From NCBI GenBank assembly GCA_947259925.1, contig CAMYOG010000017.1:441-64440 (forward strand): 64,000 nt of DNA, read 5' to 3'. Below, piece after piece: positions 49,965-62,869 of the stretch. Origin of the DNA: Thermoanaerobaculia bacterium. GTDB lineage: Bacteria; Acidobacteriota; Thermoanaerobaculia; Multivoradales; JAHEKO01. The stretch's first letter is position 1. Every line of letters starts with the position of its first letter. The notes below the pieces were generated by a model. That model was not told where the DNA came from and ran no database searches. It saw only the letters and a list, made by a program, of their open reading frames with translations. Both the position numbers and the translations under genes were made by a program.

Positions 49965-50318
49965 TCAGGGTCGGTCAGACGAGTCCTGGTCGAGCTCGCG
50001 GCTCTGGGAGATCAGTTCCTGAACCCGCTCGGCCAGCCGCCGGTTCGCGGACTTGTTCAAGACCACGAACCAGCCCCAGAGATTGAGCCGATAGGCACCG
50101 AGCCAGAGCGTCCCGCCCGCGTGGAGCACCCTGACGAAGTGCCCGAGCTGCGAGAAGACCAGCTCGCCTTCCCGAATCGCGGCCAGCGGGATCTGCACCG
50201 AGCTCTCGCCGACGATCGTCAATGAGTCCCGGTGCAGAGACAGGCGGCCCGAGAGAGCCTTGTCCTTGAGCCTGAGCTCCTCCGCCTCCAGGTAGATGAC
50301 CTTCAGCGAGTCGATCAC
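49965..50318 (-). CDS. hypothetical small protein (possible GRAM/bPH-like fold). Start uncertain.
   Basis: C-terminal part VIDSLKVIYLEAEELRLKDKALSGRLSLHRDSLTIVGESSVQIPLAAIREGELVFSQLGHFVRVLHAGGTLWLGAYRLNLWGWFVVLNKSANRRLAERVQELI looks protein-like. The N-terminal part of the ORF is low-complexity. Confidence 0.3.
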   Translation of the reverse strand: MIDSLKVIYLEAEELRLKDKALSGRLSLHRDSLTIVGESSVQIPLAAIREGELVFSQLGHFVRVLHAGGTLWLGAYRLNLWGWFVVLNKSANRRLAERVQELISQSRELDQDSSDRP

Positions 50319-52138
50319 GTCTGCGCTTCGAGCTCGTCGATCATCCCTTCGACCACCTCGAAGCCCGCCCGCCAGAATGCCGGATCGGAGATATCGATCT
50401 CGGCCTCGGCCAGGATCTCGGCCGGCCGTGCCGAGCCACCGTGGGCGAGCATCCTGAGGTAGCCCGGCACGAAGCTCTCGCCGACCTCCTGGTAGCGCCG
50501 GTAGAGGGCCATGACCAGGAGCTGACCGAAGCTGTAGGCGTAGCAGTAGAAGGGCGAGTGGAAGATGTGCGGGATGGTCACCCACTCGAGGCGGAACTCG
50601 TCGGGCATCTCGACGGCGTCGCCGAAGTGGCCGCGCACGATCTCCAGGTACATACCGCTCAGATCCTCGGGCGACTTGCCAGCCAGGATCGCGTCGTGCG
50701 CCTGGATCTCGAAGCGGACGAAGCAGGCCTGCCGGACGACGGTGGCGTAGATGTCGTCGAGCGCCGAGGCGATCAGCTCGCGGCGGACGAGCGGGTCGGT
50801 CTCCTCCTTCAGGAGCCGATCGGTCAGGAGCATCTCCGAGAAGACCGACGCGGTCTCGGCGAGCGGCAGCGTCGCGTGCTGGGTGAGCACCGAGTGCTCG
50901 TTCGCCAGGAGGCTGTGCACCGCGTGACCGAGCTCGTGGGCGAGCGTGGCGACGTCACGGACGCGGCTGTTGAAGTTGGCGAGCAGCCACGGCGTCTGAG
51001 ACGGCAGGACCGTGGCGCAGAACGCTCCGCCGCGCTTCCCCTTGCGGATCTCGCTGTCGATGTGATCGTCGGTGAAGACCTTCTCGGCCCGGCGGCCGAA
51101 CTCGGGATGGAAGTCGTAGAGCGTCTCGAGCACCCGGCGGACGGCGTCGCCGTACTCGATCCGGCGCTCGGAGGCGGCCAGGGGTGCGTAGAGATCGAAG
51201 CGGCTGAGTCGCGCCCGCTCCCCGGGGTCGGCTCCCTCGAGCCACCCCGCCTTGAGCCGGAAGTAGCGATGGAAGATGCCGGCGCTCTCCTGGATGGTGT
51301 CGAGGAGCGTCGTGACCGCCTGGTCGGGCAGATCGTTGTCCATGTTGCGCACCGAGACCGGGCTCGCGAAGCCGCGTAGCTCCTGATTCTCGGCGTGCCA
51401 GTCGCGCACCCGGTGGACGTAGATCTGGCTCAAGATCTTCGCCTCGCGCGAGAAGACGTCGAAGAACTCGGTGTACGACGCCCGGCGCAGCTGCCGGTCG
51501 GGCGAGAAGGCGTAGCCGTTGACCTCGTCGCGGGTAAGCGAGCGCGTCTCGCCGTCGACCTCGAGCTCGAACTCGAGCCGGTTGGTCAGCATCGAGAAGA
51601 TGGTCAGGACGCCGCCGATGCCGTTGGCGTTCTTGAGATTGACCACCTTCTCGGGCATCTCTTCCAGGGTGTAGGGCCGGAAGCGGCGCAGGTCCTCGAG
51701 GAAATGGACGAAGTCGGGGTGAGCCTCGAGGCCCGCCAGCAGGCGCTCGGCATCACCGTCTTCGAGCTGCTTCCACCAGAGGGTCAAGAAGAGAATCCGG
51801 TTCTGGAAGCTGGTGGTCGCGTGCTCGACGCGGTTCCGGTAGGTGAGAGCGGCCTCGGACTGCGTGTCCTCGGAGAACCAGAGCTGGCCGTAGGCCGAGA
51901 GCACGTAGAGCCGCTCGACCAGCTCCTCGTAGAGCCTCAGGAGACGAACGAACTCCTCGGTGTCGAGCTCGGGCGAGAGCCGCCCGCGCCAGCTCTCGAG
52001 CTCGGCGACCCTGGCCTCGAGCTGCGCGAGGAGCTCGTCGACGTGGGCCGCGCTGTCCGAGGGCAGGAGCTCGGACAGATCCCAGCGCTTCTGCCGGTAG
52101 TCCGGAATCGTCCGCCGCTCGAGAGTCGTCATCGCCAC
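50315..52138 (-). CDS. pepF: oligoendopeptidase F (M3B family)
   Basis: HELGHAVHS (HExxH), ~600 aa, typical M3B length. Confidence 0.8.
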   Translation of the reverse strand: MAMTTLERRTIPDYRQKRWDLSELLPSDSAAHVDELLAQLEARVAELESWRGRLSPELDTEEFVRLLRLYEELVERLYVLSAYGQLWFSEDTQSEAALTYRNRVEHATTSFQNRILFLTLWWKQLEDGDAERLLAGLEAHPDFVHFLEDLRRFRPYTLEEMPEKVVNLKNANGIGGVLTIFSMLTNRLEFELEVDGETRSLTRDEVNGYAFSPDRQLRRASYTEFFDVFSREAKILSQIYVHRVRDWHAENQELRGFASPVSVRNMDNDLPDQAVTTLLDTIQESAGIFHRYFRLKAGWLEGADPGERARLSRFDLYAPLAASERRIEYGDAVRRVLETLYDFHPEFGRRAEKVFTDDHIDSEIRKGKRGGAFCATVLPSQTPWLLANFNSRVRDVATLAHELGHAVHSLLANEHSVLTQHATLPLAETASVFSEMLLTDRLLKEETDPLVRRELIASALDDIYATVVRQACFVRFEIQAHDAILAGKSPEDLSGMYLEIVRGHFGDAVEMPDEFRLEWVTIPHIFHSPFYCYAYSFGQLLVMALYRRYQEVGESFVPGYLRMLAHGGSARPAEILAEAEIDISDPAFWRAGFEVVEGMIDELEAQT

Positions 52139-52204
52139 CCTCCCCCCTATCCAGAAGAGATCGAAAGCAGATCGGGGCAGACGCCGGCGGCTGACTCGGG
52201 GCTG

Positions 52205-52660
52205 CTATTCGGTTGTGACCTGCTCGGAGTCGCCCGCGAGCGCCGCCTGCAACGTATGCCAGGCGAGCGTAGCGCACTTGACCCGGACCGGGAACTCGCG
52301 GACGCCCTCGAACACGGCGAGCTTGCCGAGCTTGGCGGGCGCCTCGGCGCGGACGCTCGGATCGCCGGTCAGGAGATCGTGGAAGCCGCCGAAGAGCTCT
52401 TCGGCCTCGGCCAGGGTCTTGCCCTTGACCGCCTCGGTCATCAGCGAAGCCGAGGCCTTCGAGATGGCGCAGCCGGAGCCGTCGAAATGGACGTCCTCGA
52501 TGACGTCGCCCGCCAGCTTGAGGTAGACCTTGAGCTGGTCGCCGCAGAGCGGGTTGTAGCCCTCGGCCTGGTGGTCGGCGTCGGGAAGCGGGCCGAAATT
52601 CCGGGGCTGCTTGTTGTGATCGAGGATGACCTCCTGGTAGAGGTCCATCAGATCGCTCAT
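52205..52660 (-). CDS. sufU: SufU/IscU-like Fe-S scaffold / sulfur-transfer protein
   Basis: NPLCGDQLKVYLKL...FDGSGCAISKASASLM...KCATLAWHTLQAAL. Confidence 0.75.
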   Translation of the reverse strand: MSDLMDLYQEVILDHNKQPRNFGPLPDADHQAEGYNPLCGDQLKVYLKLAGDVIEDVHFDGSGCAISKASASLMTEAVKGKTLAEAEELFGGFHDLLTGDPSVRAEAPAKLGKLAVFEGVREFPVRVKCATLAWHTLQAALAGDSEQVTTE

Positions 52661-53922
52661 CCGCCGAAGACCTCCCGGATCCTGCCGAGGCCGGCGACCA
52701 GCCGGTCGACCTCCTCGCGGGTGTTGTAGAACGCCAGCGACGCGCGCGAGGTGGCCGGAACGCCGTAGCGCTCCATCACCGGCTGGGCGCAGTGGTGCCC
52801 GGTGCGGATCGCGACCCCCTCCTGATCGAGGATGGTGCCGACGTCGTGGGCGTGGACGTCGCCGACGACGAACGACAGCACTGCCGCCTTACGCCGTGCG
52901 GTGCCGATCAGTCGGAGATCGGGCACCTTCAGCAGTCGTTCGGTGGCGTAGGCCAGAAGCTCGTCCTCGTATGCTTCGATCCGATCGAGGCCGACCTTCA
53001 GCAAATAGTCGACCGCGGCGCCGAAGCCGACCGCGCCCGCGATGTTGGGTGTCCCCGCCTCGAAACGCGCCGGCGGCTCGGCGTACTCGGTCTTGTCGAA
53101 GCTGACCGTGCGGATCATCTCGCCGCCGCCCTGATAGGGAGGCATCTCCGAGAGCAGATCCAGCCTGCCGTAGAGGGCACCGACGCCGGTTGGCCCGAAC
53201 ATCTTGTGACTCGAGAAGGCGTAGAACTCGCAGCCGAGCGCCTGGACGTCGATCTTCTTGTGCGGCGCGGCCTGGGCGCCGTCGACGAGCACCGGGATGT
53301 CACGCTCGTGGGCGAGCTCGATCATCCGCTCGATCGGGTTGATCGTGCCGAGAGCGTTGGAGATGTGTGACAGCGCCACCATCCTGGTCCGCTCGCTCAG
53401 TAGCCGGGCGTACTCGTCCATGTCGACGTCGCCCCGATCGTCGAGTCGGGCGACCCGCAGCTTGGCGCCCCGCTCTTCACACAGGAGCTGCCAGGGGACG
53501 ATGTTCGAGTGGTGCTCGAGGCCGCTGATGACGATCTCGTCGCCCGGGTCGAGCCGGTTTCTGGCGAACGAGCCGGCGACCAGGTTGATCGCATCGGTCG
53601 TCCCGCGGACGAAGACGATCTCGCGCGTGTTGGCGGCGTTGATGAACCCCGCCAGCTTCTGGCGCGCGCTCTCGTACGCCGCGGTCGCCTTGACCGACAG
53701 GGCGTGCACGCCTCGATGGACGTTGGCACACGACTCGCGATACCAGTGCGCCTCGGCCTCGATCACCGATTCCGGCTTCTGCGAGGTCGCGGCGTTGTCG
53801 AGATAGGCGAGCGGTTTACCGTAGACCTTCAGCTGCATCGCCGGAAAGTCGCGGCGGATGCTGTCGACGTCGAAGGCGGTGGCCGCGTCGGCGTGGTTCT
53901 TGGCCAGGGCGTCGGTCATCAC
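52657..53922 (-). CDS. sufS: cysteine desulfurase
   Basis: Class-V aminotransferase. ...SSHKMFGPTGVGALYG... (PLP Lys). ...RTGHHCAQP... (catalytic Cys). Confidence 0.9.
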   Translation of the reverse strand: MMTDALAKNHADAATAFDVDSIRRDFPAMQLKVYGKPLAYLDNAATSQKPESVIEAEAHWYRESCANVHRGVHALSVKATAAYESARQKLAGFINAANTREIVFVRGTTDAINLVAGSFARNRLDPGDEIVISGLEHHSNIVPWQLLCEERGAKLRVARLDDRGDVDMDEYARLLSERTRMVALSHISNALGTINPIERMIELAHERDIPVLVDGAQAAPHKKIDVQALGCEFYAFSSHKMFGPTGVGALYGRLDLLSEMPPYQGGGEMIRTVSFDKTEYAEPPARFEAGTPNIAGAVGFGAAVDYLLKVGLDRIEAYEDELLAYATERLLKVPDLRLIGTARRKAAVLSFVVGDVHAHDVGTILDQEGVAIRTGHHCAQPVMERYGVPATSRASLAFYNTREEVDRLVAGLGRIREVFGG

Positions 53923-53939
53923 GTTCTAGGTGCCACTTA

Positions 53940-55265
53940 CTACACGGCCTGGCGGACCACCTCTCCCCTGGGCAGGCGACGGAACAGGAACTCTTCGAGC
54001 TCGCGGCGCACCGCGCCGACCTTGATGCGCTCGACGATGTCGGCGGCGAACGCGTAGGTCAGGAGGCTCCGCGCCGCCTCTTCGCCGATACCGCGAGAGC
54101 GCAGGTAGAAGACCGCGACGTCGTCCAAGTGACCCGTGGTCGAGCCGTGGGTGCACTTGACGTCGTCGGCGAAGATCTCGAGCTGCGGGTGCGAGTTGAC
54201 CAGCGCCTCCTTCGACAGCAGGAGGTTGCGGTTGGTCTGCTTGGCGTCGGTCTTCTGGGCGTCCTTGTGGACGTGGATCAGGCCGTTGAAGACCGCGCGC
54301 GCCCTGCCCTCGAGGATGCCCTTGTAGAGCTCGTGGCTGTCGCAGTTCGGCATCGCGTGATCGACCCGCATGTGGTTGTCGATCTGCTGCTCGCCCTCGA
54401 CCATGTAGAGGCCGTTGAGGGTCGACTCGCAGCCCTCGCCGTCGAGCACCGCGTTGACGTCGTTTCGGACCAGGCCGCCACCCCAGGAGATCGAGTGCGA
54501 AGAGACATTCGAGTCTCGTTGCTGGTGAATCTGGAACGTGGCCATGTGGATCGCCTCGGTCGACTCACGCTGCAGCTTGTAGTGATCGATGACCGCGTTG
54601 GCGCCGGCGGCCACCTCGGTCACCGGGCTGGTCATGTAGGAGCCGTCACCGAGTGACGCGTACTGCTCGACCACGGTCACCTGCGCGCTCTCCTCGGCGA
54701 CGATCAGGTTGCGCGGATAGAAGGCAACCGGCTCGGCCTCGGGAAGGCCCAGGCAGATCAGGTTGATCGGCTCCTCGACGACCACGCCCTTCGGCACATA
54801 GATGAACGCGCCGTCGCGCAGAAACGCGGTGTTCAAAGCCACGAACGGATGGTCGTCGAACTTCGCGAACCGGCCGACGTAGCGCTCGACCAGCTCGGCG
54901 TGCTCCGCTGCCGCCGTGGCCAGACTGGCGACGATCACGCCCTCCGGCAGATCGCCGAGCCGCGAATGCTCGGCGACGAAGCGACCGTTGACCAGGACGA
55001 TCTGGTGACAGCCGTCGTAGACGTAGGGCTCGAGCTCGGCCGCGCCGAATCCGTTGAAGCTCTCGGGCAGACGGAACGTCGTCTCGGTGATCGGATTGAG
55101 ATTGATGAAGCGCCACTGCTCGGCGCGACGGGACGGGAAGCCGATCTCGCCGAAGCGCTCGATCGCCTGACGGCGGCGCTCGGTCAGGGCGCTGGGCCAG
55201 TCGCCCGACAGGTCCTGAACGAACTTCTGGTACTCACCGGTGAGGTGCTCGACTGTGGACATCAC
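53940..55265 (-). CDS. sufD: Fe-S cluster assembly protein SufD
   Basis: Paralogue of the SufB fold, sits between sufC and sufS. Confidence 0.8.
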   Translation of the reverse strand: MMSTVEHLTGEYQKFVQDLSGDWPSALTERRRQAIERFGEIGFPSRRAEQWRFINLNPITETTFRLPESFNGFGAAELEPYVYDGCHQIVLVNGRFVAEHSRLGDLPEGVIVASLATAAAEHAELVERYVGRFAKFDDHPFVALNTAFLRDGAFIYVPKGVVVEEPINLICLGLPEAEPVAFYPRNLIVAEESAQVTVVEQYASLGDGSYMTSPVTEVAAGANAVIDHYKLQRESTEAIHMATFQIHQQRDSNVSSHSISWGGGLVRNDVNAVLDGEGCESTLNGLYMVEGEQQIDNHMRVDHAMPNCDSHELYKGILEGRARAVFNGLIHVHKDAQKTDAKQTNRNLLLSKEALVNSHPQLEIFADDVKCTHGSTTGHLDDVAVFYLRSRGIGEEAARSLLTYAFAADIVERIKVGAVRRELEEFLFRRLPRGEVVRQAV

Positions 55266-55274
55266 CTTTCCCCT

Positions 55275-56060
55275 CTAGCTGCTCGGGGCGCTCGCCGCCT
55301 CGCCGGCGGCGACCCGCTCCTCGAGCCAGGCGTAGCCCTTCTCCTCGAGCTCGTGGGCGAGCTCTTTGCCGCCCGACTCGACGATCCGGCCGTCGATCAT
55401 CGCGTGCACCTTGTCGGGAACGATGTAGTTGAGCAGGCGCTGGTAGTGGGTGATGACGACGAACGCCCTATCGGGGCTGCGCAGCGAGTTGACGCCGTCG
55501 GCGACGATCTTGAGCGCGTCGATGTCGAGACCCGAGTCGGTCTCGTCGAGAACCGCGAGCGTCGGGTCGAGTACCGACAGATGGAAGATCTCGTTGCGCT
55601 TCTTCTCACCGCCCGAGAAGCCTTCGTTCACCGGGCGGTTCAAGAGCGACTCGTCCATCTTGACGACCGACATCTTCTCGCGGACGTAGGAGAGGAAGTC
55701 CATCGCGTCCATCTCCTCCTGGCCGCGATGCTTGCGAATCGCGTTGAGCGCGGCCTTGAGGAAGTAGACGTTGCTGACACCCGGAATCTCGACCGGGTAC
55801 TGGAACGCCAGGAAGAGGCCCTCGCGGGCGCGCTCCTCCGGAGCCAGCTCGAGCAGCTCTTCGCCCTTGTATCGGACTTCGCCCTCGGTGACTTCGTACT
55901 CGTCCTTGCCGGCCAGCACCTGGGCCAGGGTCGACTTGCCCGAGCCGTTCGGCCCCATCACGGCGTGCACTTCGCCGGGGTTCACCGTTAGGTCGAGGCC
56001 TTTGATGATCTCTTGATCCTCTACGCGAACGTGGAGGTTTTTGATTTCAAGCATGGTCAT
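55275..56060 (-). CDS. sufC: Fe-S cluster assembly ATPase SufC
   Basis: Walker A GPNGSGKST, ABC signature FSGGEKKR, Walker B LAVLDETDSGLD. Confidence 0.9.
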   Translation of the reverse strand: MTMLEIKNLHVRVEDQEIIKGLDLTVNPGEVHAVMGPNGSGKSTLAQVLAGKDEYEVTEGEVRYKGEELLELAPEERAREGLFLAFQYPVEIPGVSNVYFLKAALNAIRKHRGQEEMDAMDFLSYVREKMSVVKMDESLLNRPVNEGFSGGEKKRNEIFHLSVLDPTLAVLDETDSGLDIDALKIVADGVNSLRSPDRAFVVITHYQRLLNYIVPDKVHAMIDGRIVESGGKELAHELEEKGYAWLEERVAAGEAASAPSS

Positions 56061-56073
56061 GTATTCGCTTCCT

Positions 56074-57516
<1,443 letters not shown>

Positions 57517-57575
57517 TCGGTGTCGCTCCTTCGCGGCCGCATCCGCGGACCGCCTCTCAACTCAGTCAACGAGCC

Positions 57576-58037
57576 TCAAGAGGGCTCTGCGGGTTGCTCC
57601 AATGGGCGCCTGCCGATGGTGACCAGCTGCTCGAGCGGCTCGGTCATCTCCGCAAGCGAAATCGCCTCGAGGGCCTGGCGAATCGCCAGATTGATCCGTT
57701 GCCAGTTGCCGCGCACAGCGCAGAACGGCTCCTGCGAGCACTCGCCCGGTCCGTCTTCGATGCACTCGGTGACCGCGATCGGTCCTTCGAGCGCGCCGAT
57801 GATCTCGGCGACCGAGATCGACTCCGGCGTCCGCGACAGGCTGTAGCCGCCCTTGACGCCGCGGTGCGATTCGAGCAACCCACCCCGGGCCAGGATCTTC
57901 AGGATCTTGCTCACCGTCGGCGCCGGCAACTGCAGCTCGGCGGCCAGGGCCGCGGCGGTATGCAGCTGCTCGGGCTCGGCGGCGAGCCGGCTCATCAGGA
58001 CGATGCCGTAGTCGGACTGCTTGGTGATGCGGATCAT
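57576..58037 (-). CDS. Rrf2-family transcriptional regulator (IscR/SufR-like) heading the suf operon
   Basis: MIRITKQSDYGIVLMSRLA...AELQLPAPTVSKILKILARGGLLESHRGVKGGYSL. The Cys cluster C...C.....C is compatible with an Fe-S sensor. Confidence 0.7.
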   Translation of the reverse strand: MIRITKQSDYGIVLMSRLAAEPEQLHTAAALAAELQLPAPTVSKILKILARGGLLESHRGVKGGYSLSRTPESISVAEIIGALEGPIAVTECIEDGPGECSQEPFCAVRGNWQRINLAIRQALEAISLAEMTEPLEQLVTIGRRPLEQPAEPS

Positions 58038-58217
58038 AGAAACTGCTCGCTCGTACCTGCCCTGTTTCGGCTGCAACCGCCGGTCGGTTGCTTCTCCTTC
58101 GGGAAAGGGGACCGATCAAGTCCTATTTCCTTCGAGATGATACTCGCGGGGGGCTGGAAGTCAAGCCGTCCAGAGCATTCGCTTCATTCGTGAACATCAT
58201 GATGCTATGATGCTGCC

Positions 58218-58442
58218 ATGCGCACCACACTGACCATCGACGAAGACGTCCTCGCGGCAGCTCGAGCCCTGGCTCGAGCGCGTGGTCAGTCACTCGGTGC
58301 GGCCATCTCCGAGCTCGCGCGTCGTGGGCTTCGACCTTCGGCTCCGGTCACCTACCGGAGCGACTTCCCGGTCTTCGAGGTGCGCGAGGACGAGGCGGTG
58401 TTCGGTCCGGAGGAGACGGCACAGGCACTCGACGACGAGTAG
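58218..58442 (+). CDS. vapB: type II antitoxin, VapB-like ribbon-helix-helix
   Basis: MRTTLTIDEDVLAAARALARARGQSLGAAISELARRGL, immediately upstream of the PIN gene. Confidence 0.65.
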   Translation: MRTTLTIDEDVLAAARALARARGQSLGAAISELARRGLRPSAPVTYRSDFPVFEVREDEAVFGPEETAQALDDE

Positions 58443-58451
58443 ATCGATGCC

Positions 58452-58889
58452 ATGACCGTCCTCCTCGACGTCAACGTCCTGGTCGCGCTCGCCTGGCCGA
58501 ACCATGTCCACCACGAGGCCGCTCATCGGTGGTTCGACGCCAACCGAGACCGGGGTTGGGCCACATGTCCGCTCACCCAGAGCGGCTTCGTCCGGGTCTC
58601 TTCCAACCCCTCGACCACGCCCGCCGCACGCACACCGGCGGAGGCCCTTCACCTGCTCGAGCAGATAGTCGAGCTGCCTGGGCACGTCTTCTGGGCGGAC
58701 GACGTCGCCCTGGCCACGGACCGGGCGGTTCGATGGGACAGCATTCTGGGCCATCGACAGGTGACCGACGCCCACCTGCTCGCCCTCGCGATCCGCCGAA
58801 ACGGCCGTCTCGCGACCTTCGACCGCGGCGTTCTCGAGCTCGTGCCCGTAGAAAGTGACCCGAACGAGTTGGTCGAGGTCATCGGCTGA
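58452..58889 (+). CDS. vapC: PIN-domain toxin VapC
   Basis: MTVLLDVNVLVAL (first acidic residue), ...THLLALAIRRNGRLATFDRG.... Confidence 0.75.
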   Translation: MTVLLDVNVLVALAWPNHVHHEAAHRWFDANRDRGWATCPLTQSGFVRVSSNPSTTPAARTPAEALHLLEQIVELPGHVFWADDVALATDRAVRWDSILGHRQVTDAHLLALAIRRNGRLATFDRGVLELVPVESDPNELVEVIG

Positions 58890-58956
58890 GCGCGGACACA
58901 GGCGATGCGCAGATGAACCTCCCGGGCGTTCCGTACAATCTGTCAGGAGGTACACC

Positions 58957-59610
58957 ATGAACAGACTCCTCCTCGGTGTGGGGCCGGCCTGCCTCGCCGC
59001 CCTGCTCCTCGCCGGTTCCGCGTTGGCGACGGCCAACCCGGAAGCCGAGCTCGAGCCGAGCCTGTGCTCGATCACCTGTCCCCCGCACGAGACCGCCTAT
59101 CGCGGCCTGTCGGGCAGCGTCAGCTGTACCGAGGGCTACACACCGGTCTGCCAGTGCGACGATCCGCTTCAGAAGATGGCGTACTGCGCGCCGATCTCCG
59201 AGGCCCTCGCCGAGGTGACGAGGGCGCGCCAGACGATCCAGCGCATGCGGACGATCGGCGTGGCGATGTACGGATGGTACCTGGATCAGTCGGAAGGCCG
59301 GGAGTGTGACCCCGCGCAGAGCGAGATCGATCTCGCCGGGATTCCGCTGATCGCTGCGGACGAGCTCGAGCAGCTCCTAGTACCCACCTACGCGGAAGAG
59401 CTGCCTCTCTCGGACGGCTGGGGAAGCGACTTCGAGTTCCGTCTGGATCGCTCGGCGCCCAGTAGCCTGGCGATGTCGGTCCGCAGCGCCGGCGCGGACG
59501 CGGAGTTCGCGGGCACCGTCTACGTCCTCGGTGGCTTCCCCGCGACCCAGACCGCCCGGGATCTGATCTGGGTCGACGGCTACTTCGGGCGCTGGCCCGA
59601 GAAGCCTTAG
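58957..59610 (+). CDS. secreted Cys-rich hypothetical protein (217 aa)
   Basis: AGGAGG lies 7 nt upstream. Signal peptide MNRLLLGVGPACLAALLLAGSALA. Eight Cys in the N-terminal 100 aa. Confidence 0.45.
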   Translation: MNRLLLGVGPACLAALLLAGSALATANPEAELEPSLCSITCPPHETAYRGLSGSVSCTEGYTPVCQCDDPLQKMAYCAPISEALAEVTRARQTIQRMRTIGVAMYGWYLDQSEGRECDPAQSEIDLAGIPLIAADELEQLLVPTYAEELPLSDGWGSDFEFRLDRSAPSSLAMSVRSAGADAEFAGTVYVLGGFPATQTARDLIWVDGYFGRWPEKP

Positions 59611-60719
59611 CCCGAGTCCCCGGCGGCGTCGGCCGCCTTCGTGCTCTCCTCGGGCCGTGCCCGCACCCGCCCGAGCAACACGGCGGCCCAGTGGAGCTCC
59701 TCGGACTCGTCCAGGGCGATCTTGATCATCATCGTGAGCGGCACCGACATCAGCATGCCGAGCGGCCCCCACATCCAGCCCCAGAAGATCAGGGAGACGA
59801 AGACGACGAGCGTCGACAGGCCGAAGCGGCGGCCCATCAGGGTCGGCTCGATGACGTTGCCGATCAGCGTGTTCACCAGGAGGTAGCCGGCCACCACGAT
59901 CAGCGCGCGACCGGGGCCGAACAGGATGAGGGCGACAATGAAGGCCGGGACGGCGGCGATGATCGAGCCGATCGCCGGGATGTAGTTGAGGACGAAGGCG
60001 ACCAGACCGAAGACCGGCGCATAGGGCAAGCCGCACAACCAGGTGAACAGGCCGAGCACGACCCCGGTCCCGATGCTGATCAGCGTCTTGACTCCCAGGT
60101 AGTGCTGGACCTCGCGCACGACCCCGGCGAGGTACTTGCCGACCCGTGAGTCGATCCCGAACGCCGCGTTCATCTTGCGTGGCGCGTGACCTCCCTCCAG
60201 AAGGAAGAAGACCAGCAGGAATGTCACCAACACCGAGAAGGAGAGCGCCGAGGCGACGCCGGTCAGTGTGCGACGGACAACTCCGCCGGCCATGTCGACG
60301 AATCGGCCGGGGTCGATGTTCTCCATGGCGAGCACACTGCCGACGTCGATGCCGCGAGCCTGGAAGTCGGCGGTCCATTCGCTCAGACGCTCGCTGAACT
60401 GTTGGACGTAGCTCGGCGTCGCCTCGATGAAGGAGTTGAGCGACGGCGCGATCAGGAAGCCGAGGACCGAGAGCACACCGACCAGCGCCAGCACGGTGCT
60501 GATCACCGAGAGCGTCAGCCGGACGCCCAGCCGGCAGAGAAACGCGACCACCGGAAAGCTGAGCAGACCGATGAAGAGCGCCAGGAGCAGCGGCAGCATG
60601 AAGGGAGCCGCGGCGCGCAGGCCGGCGATGACGATCACCAGCGACGCGGCGCCCAGCAGCCAGCGACCACTCGGCGGCGGCGCCGGATCCGATGTCGCAA
60701 GCCTCTTATCTCCAGACAT
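59607..60719 (-). CDS. AI-2E family transporter (PerM/TqsA-like)
   Basis: ~8 TM, 370 aa, PF01594-like layout with the conserved C-terminal GxxGxxL.PL region. Confidence 0.7.
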   Translation of the reverse strand: MSGDKRLATSDPAPPPSGRWLLGAASLVIVIAGLRAAAPFMLPLLLALFIGLLSFPVVAFLCRLGVRLTLSVISTVLALVGVLSVLGFLIAPSLNSFIEATPSYVQQFSERLSEWTADFQARGIDVGSVLAMENIDPGRFVDMAGGVVRRTLTGVASALSFSVLVTFLLVFFLLEGGHAPRKMNAAFGIDSRVGKYLAGVVREVQHYLGVKTLISIGTGVVLGLFTWLCGLPYAPVFGLVAFVLNYIPAIGSIIAAVPAFIVALILFGPGRALIVVAGYLLVNTLIGNVIEPTLMGRRFGLSTLVVFVSLIFWGWMWGPLGMLMSVPLTMMIKIALDESEELHWAAVLLGRVRARPEESTKAADAAGDSG

Positions 60720-60770
60720 TTCGCGACATTCTAGATCGAACTCGTCCTGTCGGTCGGCCGGGGCCGGCCG

Positions 60771-62708
<1,938 letters not shown>

Positions 62709-62747
62709 CGCTCTACTCCTCCCGACCAGAAGAACAGGGGGACATAG

Positions 62748-62826
62748 GAAAGGGGGACCGGCACTCTCTTTCTCTTACCTGCTTCGGAAGAACAGAGCGC
62801 GAAAAAGAGTGCCTGTCCCCCTTTCT
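62748..62826. other. long imperfect hairpin in the acs 5' region (GGAAAGGGGGACCGGCACTCTCTTTCTC / GAAAAAGAGTGCCTGTCCCCCTTTC)
   Basis: Seen directly. No U-tract follows on the minus strand. Confidence 0.45.
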
Positions 62827-62869
62827 TGGCGTCCCCCCGCTTCGAGATGTTACCGCAGAGACTGGGCCG

